From Verrucomicrobiota bacterium (GTDB lineage: Bacteria > Verrucomicrobiota > Verrucomicrobiia > Limisphaerales > SXTU01), in assembly GCA_016235545.1 (NCBI GenBank), contig JACRKB010000015.1:840-64839 (forward strand): a stretch of DNA of 64,000 bases, written 5' to 3'. A program made the translations under genes and the position numbers. The notes under the pieces are model-generated. The model did no database searches. It was not told the DNA's origin and saw nothing but the letters and a program-made list of their open reading frames with translations. This document shows, one piece after another, positions 45,477 to 53,601 of this stretch; position 1 is the first letter of the stretch, and each line of letters starts with the position of its first letter.

Positions 45477-46499
45477 ATGAAACCACTCAGTCAGTTCGCG
45501 CAAAGCCTTGCCCTCGCCACGCTCCTTCTCGCTCCGCCGGCCCGCGCCGAGGTCAACGTCGTCGAAAAGGTCGCCAGCGATGTCTATTTCCACGAGGGCG
45601 ACATCGGCCGCCGCGGCCACTGCAACAACGGCTGGATTGTCTTCGCAGACTACGTGCTCGTCGTGGACGCCAATTTTCCCTCCGGCGCGGAGGTCATCCT
45701 TCCAAAGGTCAAGGCTCTCACCGACAAGCCCATCCGCTTCGCCTTCGACACCCACCACCACGGCGACCATGCCTACGGCAACCAGGTCATGCACGAGGCC
45801 GGCGCCACCATCGTCGGACATTCGGGCGTGCTCGCGGAGATGAGGAAATACGAGACAAACTACTTCACCGGCAAAGGCCCGGGCCGCTGGGAAGACGCAG
45901 CGAAGGGACGCAAGGATGTCGCCGCCAGCAAGCTCCGCCCGCCCACCATCCTCTTTGACAAGCAGCTCGCCTTCGACGACGGCACTCATCGAGTGGAGCT
46001 TCTGCACCTCGGTGTCGCTCACACTCACGGCGACGGCTGGGCGTGGCTGCCGAAGGAGCGCATCGTCTTCACCGGCGACGCCTGCGTGAACGGCCCCTAC
46101 AACTACACCGGCGACGGCAACATCCACGAGTGGATCAAGACACTCGACCGCGTCATCGCGCTGAAGCCGTTGAAAGTCTGCCCTGCCCACGGCCCCAGCG
46201 GTGGCCCTGAGGTGCTGGACAACCAGCAGCTGTATTTCAAGTCGCTCATCGCCGAGGTGAGAAAACTCAAGGACGCGGGCAAGACCGCAGCAGAAGCGCA
46301 GGCGGCGTCCGACACCATCAAGGAAACCCTCCGCAAGAATGACCGCATCGCTCACTACATCGGTCAGTTCATCGACGCGCAGGTGGAGAAAGCGTGGACC
46401 GAGATGGGCGGCGCGCCCTTCCCCGCGAAGAAGCAGGCGCAGGTGGAGCCAGTGTGGTTGAAGGGGAAAGAACTACTGGTGCTGCGCGGAGTTCAGTGA
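45477..46499 (+). CDS. MBL-fold metallo-hydrolase, secreted
   Basis: ATG 45477 with signal peptide. HHHGDH motif (FDTHHHGDHAYGN). Confidence 0.8.
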   Translation: MKPLSQFAQSLALATLLLAPPARAEVNVVEKVASDVYFHEGDIGRRGHCNNGWIVFADYVLVVDANFPSGAEVILPKVKALTDKPIRFAFDTHHHGDHAYGNQVMHEAGATIVGHSGVLAEMRKYETNYFTGKGPGRWEDAAKGRKDVAASKLRPPTILFDKQLAFDDGTHRVELLHLGVAHTHGDGWAWLPKERIVFTGDACVNGPYNYTGDGNIHEWIKTLDRVIALKPLKVCPAHGPSGGPEVLDNQQLYFKSLIAEVRKLKDAGKTAAEAQAASDTIKETLRKNDRIAHYIGQFIDAQVEKAWTEMGGAPFPAKKQAQVEPVWLKGKELLVLRGVQ

Positions 46500-47076
46500 C
46501 ACTGCCCCTCGGCCGTCCAATCATCCCCGCCAGCTTGGGGCTCACCCAATAGACCGTCAGCAGAGAGAGGATGCTGCCCGTTGCTCTCCAAGTGCGGCCC
46601 CAAGGCCGAACAACTTTTCGACGCGTAACTCTCCCTGCCGGAACTGGAGCCGGGCCGCCGAAGTCGAATGCGGACGAAGCACGGACGCGCTGGGAACGCA
46701 CGCCGCCGGCGTGCCATGTTCGGAGGCCCGCCGAAAACTCGTTGGACAAACTTTTTGCCGCAGCCAGAAGTCCATATGTTCGATCGAAGGTTTGGGCAGG
46801 CCACCCAAACCCCCACACGGGCTGCATGCGCTCTCCATTTCCATTTCGGAGAATCGGGTTCAAATGCTGATTTGTGCCTCTCAACTGCCCGGCGAGCACC
46901 TCGCGATTGCGCGGCAGAAGGTGAGGAAAAAAGTGAAAAATACTATTGTCACAAACCGCTCCTTTGCTAGGCTCGCCCGCAATGCACCTTCTTTGGTGTG
47001 TGGGCAAACGGTTTTTTGCCCGCTAGCAAACGCAAAGAAACAAACAGTCAACAACTCACAAGAGGAACTAACACAC

Positions 47077-48213
47077 ATGAAAGTTAATCAATGGACAATG
47101 GGGCTGGCCGCAGCGGGCGTGATCAGCTTCGGCGCAGTTGCTCAAGCGGAGGAAAAGCCGTCACACCAAGTGCTCACGGCCGTCTCCTCCACCGCCCTGA
47201 GCGGCTTCGTCAGCACCTCGGTCGGCTGGGAACCCGGCCGGGCCGCCGTCACAAAGCGCTACAGCTACGGCAAGGCTGGCGACCAGTTCAACCTTGATGT
47301 CGTTGACATCAAGTTGAGCAGCGCCCTCGCCGAAGGCGAGTGGGCTTCCGGCTACAACGTCGAGCTCTGGCTCGGACCTGATGCCGCCGGTTACGGCAAC
47401 CAGATCGCGGCAGCCGGCAGCGGCATCGCGATCAAGAATGCGAACGTCTCCCTGAACATTCCGGTCGGTAACGGCATTCAGGCGAAGTTCGGTATCTTCG
47501 ACACCTGTGTCGGCTACGAGACCGCCAACTCGATCGACAACCCGAACATCACCCGCTCACGCGGTTACACCATCGAGCCGACCTCCCACACCGGTCTGGT
47601 CCTGAGCGACAAGGCGTCCGACGCCCTCTCGATGATGGCTGGCGTTGCTAACAGCTACGACGCCGTCTTGAACGCAGGTGCGCGCGGTGGAAAATCGCAG
47701 CAGACCTACTTGGCCTCCGCGAGCCTCACCGCTCCAGACAGCCTCGGATTCCTCAAGGGTGCAGTTCTGACCGCTGGCGTGGTGGACGGCTTCGTCTCCA
47801 CGACCGCTGCAACTGTTCCTGACCAGACGCTCATCTACGTTGGCGCGACCATCCCCACAGGGATCGACAAGCTGACGCTCGGCGCCTCTTGGGATCACCT
47901 GAACATTGACAAGTCCAGCGCCGACATCGATGCGCTCGCCGCATACGTTTCCATCAAGACCTGCGAGAAATCCACGGTCAACGTCCGCGTTGAATATGAC
48001 GTGGCCGGCACCGGCGTTGGCAACGCGGCTGAGTTCCTCGCCACCACCGCGACTCTGGACTACAAGCTCTGGGCCAATGTCGTTTCCCGCCTTGAGTATC
48101 GCTGGGACCACGATCTGAATGCTCGCAAGGGCGCAGCCACGACGGGAACGCCAGCTGTTGCCTCCCGCAACAACGGTCACTCGTTGATCGCGCAGATCGC
48201 CTACAAGTTCTAA
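47077..48213 (+). CDS. outer-membrane porin (OmpL-like beta-barrel)
   Basis: ATG 47077 preceded by AAGAGGAA. Signal peptide MKVNQWTMGLAAAGVISFGAVAQA. LSGFVSTSVGW motif. C-terminal IAYKF. Confidence 0.8.
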   Translation: MKVNQWTMGLAAAGVISFGAVAQAEEKPSHQVLTAVSSTALSGFVSTSVGWEPGRAAVTKRYSYGKAGDQFNLDVVDIKLSSALAEGEWASGYNVELWLGPDAAGYGNQIAAAGSGIAIKNANVSLNIPVGNGIQAKFGIFDTCVGYETANSIDNPNITRSRGYTIEPTSHTGLVLSDKASDALSMMAGVANSYDAVLNAGARGGKSQQTYLASASLTAPDSLGFLKGAVLTAGVVDGFVSTTAATVPDQTLIYVGATIPTGIDKLTLGASWDHLNIDKSSADIDALAAYVSIKTCEKSTVNVRVEYDVAGTGVGNAAEFLATTATLDYKLWANVVSRLEYRWDHDLNARKGAATTGTPAVASRNNGHSLIAQIAYKF

Positions 48214-48235
48214 TCTAAGCCTCGCTTAGACCTCA

Positions 48236-48270
48236 CCCCTTCCGGGCAACCGGAAGGGGTTTTTCATTTT
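48236..48270 (+). terminator. intrinsic terminator of the porin gene
   Basis: CCCCTTCCGG-gcaa-CCGGAAGGGG (10-bp GC stem) followed by TTTTTCATTTT. Confidence 0.85.
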
Positions 48271-48334
48271 CCCGAACTGAAGCGCCGGGGCCTCACTCGG
48301 AGCACGGAATCCTACGTCCGCGCTCCGTCGTTGC

Positions 48335-50995
48335 TCAAAACCACCACTTCACGGAAAGGCCTAGCTCCCATGCGTCGCTGCCGCCGTCGGTCGTCGCCGC
48401 GCTGGTCGTGTAGGCGAGTTCAGTGCCGAACTCTAGGCTCTTGCGCGCTTGGAAGGTGATCCCCGCGCGACCGCCGAACTCCATCGAGTCGCGCTCGAAG
48501 GCGTAGTCCGCGCTGCCTTGCAGGTGATAGAAGAGCGGTCCCAACAGCCGGTCTCGCAGGTCGGCATAGACTCCCTCGCGGTGCAACTGGTGCAGCACCA
48601 AGCTGTCGAGCATCTGCGTCTGCTGCGCGACCGTCAGGCCCGGCGCGAGGGCGGGCGCGACCAGCGCGAGGTTGCCGGCCTTGCGCGAGTTCGCATGATA
48701 AGCGCCACGATAGCCGAGCTTGAACTCCGGCGACTCGCGCCGGGCGAGGAACTCGATTCCCCAGCTCGCCTGCAAACCCACCGCCAGCTCCTCGCTGCCC
48801 ACCTGCACCTCGCGCCCGGTGAAGGCGGCGTATGTTTGGAAGCGCTCGGCGATGAGGTAATTGCCCGCGAGCGAGACGCGGTGCTGCCGGCCATCAAGGG
48901 AGTTCAGCAGCAGGCCATCGCGCGCCCGCTCGTTCGCGTAGCCTTCGAGCCAGACCGCGCCGTTGCCGGGGAAGCGGTGCATCAGCCGCGCGCCGCCGAG
49001 GAAGTCGGCTTGAGAACCGCCCGCCCACAAGTCGGTGCTCCAACGGCTGCTCCATGTCGTCTGCAGGCCGGCGGAACCCTCGGTGTCATCGGCCCAGCGG
49101 CGCTTGAGCAGCGCTGAGTTGCGCACCAGCACATCCTCGCGCATCGCCTCGGCGTGAAGCTGGTTGCGGTCTGAGATTTGCGTGCGGCCCGCGATTCGTT
49201 CCTGCCAGAGCTGGCCGGAGTCGAGCAGATAGGCGGTGCCGTGCGCGGAGACATGCTCGCCGTGCTCGCGATGCATCGGCTCCAACACGCGGCGCACCAC
49301 GACGCGCGTCTGGTCGTCCACCTGGTTCTGGTCGAGCAATTCCTGATACGCGGTCTGCTGCGTGCGCCAGTCGCCCGACTTCTCCGCCGCGGCCGCGAGA
49401 TCGAGCTGATATGGAAAGGGTTTGCCCGCGAATTTTTCCAGCCGCAGGTAGCGCAGCCCACTGGCGGCCTCCTGATAATTCCCGGCGAGCTGGCTGGCCG
49501 CGCCGAAATAATAGAGCGCGTCGTTGCTGTCGGGATAAGCGCGGTAAAGCTGAGTGGCGTAGTGGAGCGCCCTCCCTGCGTCCTTTTTGTCGGTGAAGAG
49601 CGAGGCCATCGCCAGCAGCGCCTCCTTGTTGGCGGGGTCGCGGGCGAGGATGTCCTGTGCGAGCGGCTCGGCCAGGTCGGCGCGGGCCGTCTTCGCGTAG
49701 AGATACATCAGGTAGCGACGGTCCTCGGGACGTGTCGAGGGGGAAAAAGCCCGCTCTTCGGCGGGTGATAGATTCGGCGGATGCGCGGTGGGCGGGAAGC
49801 CCGGCGGCGCGTCAAGCGAGCCGCGTGGCGCAGGCCACGACTGCGGCGTGGGCGGTGGTGGAGAATATTGCGGGACACCCGGGGCGATGTCACTGCCGCG
49901 ACCAGCCGGGCGCTGGCCGGAGAAGGGGTCTTGCTGCGGTGTGAAGGCAGGAGCCTGCGGTGCGGTGGGGCGATAGTTCTGGTTGAACTCCGGCGGTGGC
50001 GGCGTCTGAAAATTTTGCGCGGGCGCGGGCCAGGCGCGCGCGGGTGCCTCCTCGCGAGTGCCGCGCCCGAAGAGCCGGCTGATGAAGCCGGGCCGGTCCA
50101 GCGAATCGTTCCGCGAATCGTTCCTCGCGGAGGACTGCGCGCGCGGCTCCGGCATCGGATAGCCAGCGGGCACCGCGCCGGGTGCGTAACGGACACCCTC
50201 GCTGACGACATGAGGCTGGAGCGCGCTCGGAGCGCCGGTGGGCGGCACCACCGCTCTCGTCACCGGCGCGATGGCTTGCGAGCCGATGACGCGCGTGTCA
50301 GACGGGTTCGGCCAGCTCGGCGTCGCATAGCCCTGCGGCGTGTATTGCGGGGCGACGGCCTGCGGCTGCGGCCACTGCGGTTGCGCGGCTGGATAGCTCG
50401 GCGCCTCGAACTGAGGCGCGGCGGCAGGTGCGTTAAACTCACCTCGCCCCGGACGCTGGCCGCTGAATCGGTCGCTGGCCGAACCGCCGAAGTTTCCCCC
50501 CGCCGGCACCGCGCCGGGCGAGTATCGGACTCCCTCGCTGATGACGTGGGGCTGGAGCGGGCGCGGCTGGCCCGTGGGCGGGACGGCCACTGGCGCGGCG
50601 AAGCGGGAGTCATAAGTCTGAGGCCACTGCGGCGCGGCGGCAGGTGCGGGCGCTTGGTTGTAGCCCGCCGGATCGGAGTAGCGCACGCCCTCGCGCACAT
50701 AAGTCGTGCCGGGTGGTGGAAAACTTTGCGGCGCTGCGGGACGGGCGGGTTCCGCATCGCGCGAGAAGAGGCGCCCAAAGAACCCCTTCCGCTCCGGCTC
50801 CTGTGCCGCGTATCCGCGGGGCGCGGGGCGCGGGGCTGTGTAGGTGTCATCGGCGCGCGAGCTGCGGCGCGCCGTGTCGGGCGCATTGAGCGGCTGGTCT
50901 GCGAGGAACTGGAACTGCGCGTGCGCCGAGGTGCCGGCTGCCATGATGAGCGCGGTGAGGGCGAGGGCGGAGGTTGCGTTGGGCTGCCGGTGCAT
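48335..50995 (-). CDS. Pro-rich / TPR / C-terminal beta-barrel outer-membrane protein (PelB/BcsC/PgaA-like export component)
   Basis: Signal peptide, ~400-aa P-rich repeat region, TPR block (aa ~430-600), beta-barrel-like C-terminus ending LSVKWWF. Confidence 0.65.
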   Translation of the reverse strand: MHRQPNATSALALTALIMAAGTSAHAQFQFLADQPLNAPDTARRSSRADDTYTAPRPAPRGYAAQEPERKGFFGRLFSRDAEPARPAAPQSFPPPGTTYVREGVRYSDPAGYNQAPAPAAAPQWPQTYDSRFAAPVAVPPTGQPRPLQPHVISEGVRYSPGAVPAGGNFGGSASDRFSGQRPGRGEFNAPAAAPQFEAPSYPAAQPQWPQPQAVAPQYTPQGYATPSWPNPSDTRVIGSQAIAPVTRAVVPPTGAPSALQPHVVSEGVRYAPGAVPAGYPMPEPRAQSSARNDSRNDSLDRPGFISRLFGRGTREEAPARAWPAPAQNFQTPPPPEFNQNYRPTAPQAPAFTPQQDPFSGQRPAGRGSDIAPGVPQYSPPPPTPQSWPAPRGSLDAPPGFPPTAHPPNLSPAEERAFSPSTRPEDRRYLMYLYAKTARADLAEPLAQDILARDPANKEALLAMASLFTDKKDAGRALHYATQLYRAYPDSNDALYYFGAASQLAGNYQEAASGLRYLRLEKFAGKPFPYQLDLAAAAEKSGDWRTQQTAYQELLDQNQVDDQTRVVVRRVLEPMHREHGEHVSAHGTAYLLDSGQLWQERIAGRTQISDRNQLHAEAMREDVLVRNSALLKRRWADDTEGSAGLQTTWSSRWSTDLWAGGSQADFLGGARLMHRFPGNGAVWLEGYANERARDGLLLNSLDGRQHRVSLAGNYLIAERFQTYAAFTGREVQVGSEELAVGLQASWGIEFLARRESPEFKLGYRGAYHANSRKAGNLALVAPALAPGLTVAQQTQMLDSLVLHQLHREGVYADLRDRLLGPLFYHLQGSADYAFERDSMEFGGRAGITFQARKSLEFGTELAYTTSAATTDGGSDAWELGLSVKWWF

Positions 50996-51008
50996 AGGTG
51001 TTCGCGAA

Positions 51009-51083
51009 AGGATTAAGATTAAGATGAGGATTGCGAGCAGGAGGCGCTGGCCGCTCCGCCGTTCGTAATCCTAATCTTAGACT
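51009..51083. repeat. heptamer-arm hairpin (GGATTAA/GATTAGG units)
   Basis: AGGATTAAGATTAAGATGAGGATTGCGAGCAGGAGG versus CCGCCGTTCGTAATCCTAATCTTAGAC, imperfect. Spacer between the two TPR genes. Confidence 0.65.
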
Positions 51084-51107
51084 TTCTCTAGATCCGGCTC
51101 CTGACTT

Positions 51108-53393
51108 TCACATCCGCGCCAGCGACCGGAGCATTTCCTGAATTGCCCGCTGATACGCCACGCGCGCGCCCAGTTTGTCGCCGCGCGCCGACAAGATGTC
51201 ACCCAAAAACCCCCACGCCCGGCCGGCGTCCTCCGGCTGCGAGGCGACGAACGCGCGCTGATGAATCGCGGCGCGCTTGAAGTCCCGCGTGGCGGCAAGC
51301 AACTGCGCGGCCAGCTCGTGTGTCGCAGGCGTGGGGGGATCGAGGTAGCGCTGGAGCACGGCCAGAGCCTCGCGCTGGCGGCTGGCGCGGACGAGCAGGC
51401 GCGCGTAGGCGAGTCCGTGCGAGGTGTTTGCCGCGTCCATGCGGTGAAGCTTCTCGTAGAGCGTTAGCGCGGACTGCCAGTTGCCGGACGCCTCATACAC
51501 GCCGGCGACGGTGGCGATGAGGCCGAGCTTTTCCACAAGCTCCGGCGTCAGCTCGCGCGTGACGAACTGCTCCGCGTCCGCCAGCCGCTTCGCCTGCAGC
51601 AGCAGGCTCAAATAAAACTTGGTCAATTCATCATCGCTCCGCAGCTCCGGGTGCGCGCGAAGCACGTCAGCCGCGGCGCTGAACTGGCCCTGGTCCGAGA
51701 GCGAATAGACAAGCTGGCGGCGCAGCGTCGTGTCCTGCGGGAAGCGCTCCACACCGCGCTGCAGCGCCTCACGCAGTTTCTCTTTCCGTCCGGCGATGCC
51801 TTGGAAATAGGCGAGCCGCTGATAATCCCGCGCTGTCGGCTCCGGGTGGCGGCCCAGCCAGTATTCCAGCCCGTCCGCCGCCACGGCGAGTTCTCCCATG
51901 CTTTCAGCCAACGTGAGGAAGCCCTCCACCGTGGCCTTGTCCGGCGCGCGCCGGACGAGCTGCTGGTAGAGAGCGAGAGCCTTCGTGTAGTCGCCCAGCC
52001 GGAAATGGCACTCCGCGAGTTCGCCCAGTGTGGCGACATCCTCCGGCTGCCGCTTCTGGAGGCGCAACAGCACGGGCAGGGCGCGGTCGTAATGCGCGAG
52101 GTCCATGAGCAGGCGCGAGTATTCCGTCAGGAGCGTGACGCTCGCGTTCGGGTCACGCACGAGGCTGAGGTAATACGCCTCCGCCTGCTCGAAGTTGCCA
52201 ATCGTCGCCTCCAGCCGCGCGAGGAAAGGCGCATGCTTTTTCCGGTCAATCAGATTGCCCGCGTCCGCGAGCGACTTCGCCAGATCAGCGTCGCGATACA
52301 GGCCGGGGGCCAGCGCGATGAGGCGCTCGATGGCGGCGGGTTCCCGGAGGCGAAGCGCAATGAGGTAGTGGTCGAAGGCGTCGTTTGGCAGCGCGGTCCA
52401 CTCGTAGAACTGCGCGAGCCGCTGGTGGTTCGCAGCGACGTTCGGCTCCAGCGCGACGATTTGCCGGAAGGCGGCGATGGCGGTTTTCTGATCGCCGCTC
52501 GCCAGCGACAGCTCGGCGAGCATCTGCCAGAGCTGAAGATTCTCCGGCTGCGCGGCTGCGCGCTTTTGAATCTCCGGCAGCAGCTCGCGGATGCGGTCGG
52601 ACTCGCGCGCCGTCGTCATCAGCAAGCCGAACAGCCGGTCGCGATCCGCTGGCTCCACGACCGTCATCAGCTCGCGGATCGCCTCATACGCCAGACCGGG
52701 CTGGCCCGTCTCGCGCAGCAGCGTGACGCGCTCCCACGCAAGGCGCGGCGAGGCGCGCACGAGCGGACGGCCCGTGCGGCGCGCGAACTCGTCCACCGCG
52801 CGCAGCCCGAGCGCGGGCAGGCCCGCCTGCCGCGTGAGCGCGACAAGGCGGAGCGTGGTGGCAACGTCGGGGTTTTGCTGCCAGTGCGGCGCGTAAATCT
52901 GCATGGCCAGCACGGGCTTGGCGGCGGCAAGAGCCTTCTTCACCAGAGCCTCGTAGAGCGACGCGCGGACGGCGACAGGCAGTTGAGGCAGCACCGGCTC
53001 GAGAAGTTTCCAAACGGCCTCCGCGTCCTGGGATTGGTCGAGCAGCGCGGTGATTTCCTGCATGAACTCGGGCGTGAACTTGAACGGCGCTGCCAGCTCG
53101 CACGCGCGGGCAAGCAGCGAGGCTAGCGCACGCGGGTCGTCCGCCGCGAGGAGGCGGCGCTCCAACTGGATTTCCAGCAGCGCGTAGCGGCGGGGGTCTC
53201 TGGCGCGATCCTTCGCGGGCAGCTCCTGAAGAGTTTTGAGTGCGCGGCCCCAGTTCTTGTCCACGAGATGGCGCTCCAGCAGGCCATGCTGCGTGGGGAT
53301 GAGCCACAGCGCGATGATCGCGCAGATCACCGGCACCGCGAAGAGAAGCTTCGGGGAGAAGACGGACGTGGAGGTTTTGGCGGGACGGGCCAT
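51108..53393 (-). CDS. membrane-anchored TPR-repeat protein
   Basis: ATG 53393, TM LLFAVPVICAIIALWLI, then TPR-like helical repeats over ~700 aa. Confidence 0.75.
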   Translation of the reverse strand: MARPAKTSTSVFSPKLLFAVPVICAIIALWLIPTQHGLLERHLVDKNWGRALKTLQELPAKDRARDPRRYALLEIQLERRLLAADDPRALASLLARACELAAPFKFTPEFMQEITALLDQSQDAEAVWKLLEPVLPQLPVAVRASLYEALVKKALAAAKPVLAMQIYAPHWQQNPDVATTLRLVALTRQAGLPALGLRAVDEFARRTGRPLVRASPRLAWERVTLLRETGQPGLAYEAIRELMTVVEPADRDRLFGLLMTTARESDRIRELLPEIQKRAAAQPENLQLWQMLAELSLASGDQKTAIAAFRQIVALEPNVAANHQRLAQFYEWTALPNDAFDHYLIALRLREPAAIERLIALAPGLYRDADLAKSLADAGNLIDRKKHAPFLARLEATIGNFEQAEAYYLSLVRDPNASVTLLTEYSRLLMDLAHYDRALPVLLRLQKRQPEDVATLGELAECHFRLGDYTKALALYQQLVRRAPDKATVEGFLTLAESMGELAVAADGLEYWLGRHPEPTARDYQRLAYFQGIAGRKEKLREALQRGVERFPQDTTLRRQLVYSLSDQGQFSAAADVLRAHPELRSDDELTKFYLSLLLQAKRLADAEQFVTRELTPELVEKLGLIATVAGVYEASGNWQSALTLYEKLHRMDAANTSHGLAYARLLVRASRQREALAVLQRYLDPPTPATHELAAQLLAATRDFKRAAIHQRAFVASQPEDAGRAWGFLGDILSARGDKLGARVAYQRAIQEMLRSLARM

Positions 53394-53436
53394 CAAGCCA
53401 GAGTTTTGTCAAAAACGGACGGCAGCGAAGGCATCT

Positions 53437-53592
53437 CGCCCGGTAGGGCGAGACTCCGTCGAGCCCCATTTCGAGCGTAGCGAGGCGAGCGCGGCGAGTA
53501 TCTTCTGAAGGGGCCGTCAGCCGAGGTGCTCGCTGCGCTCGCACCGCCTGCGGCGGTATCGAGGGCTCGACGGAGTCTCGCCCTACCGGGCG
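53437..53592. mobile_element. MITE-like element, family C, intact copy
   Basis: Perfect 30-bp terminal inverted repeat (53437-53466 / 53563-53592, core CCCGGTAGGGCGAGACTCCGTCGAGCCC). The internal segment is homologous to 20821-20955. Confidence 0.8.
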
Positions 53593-53601
53593 TGGACGCG
53601 T

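Noticed and set aside
46840-46875. tRNA-like T-arm resemblance (GGGTTCAAATGC); also GTTCGAGCACC at 63714-63724
   Set aside because: No acceptor, D or anticodon stems can be drawn around either site. Both are isolated matches only.
46711-47076. N-terminal 122-aa extension of the porin ORF (TTG start at 46711)
   Set aside because: The extension has non-protein-like composition. A canonical signal peptide begins at ATG 47077, preceded by AAGAGGAA.
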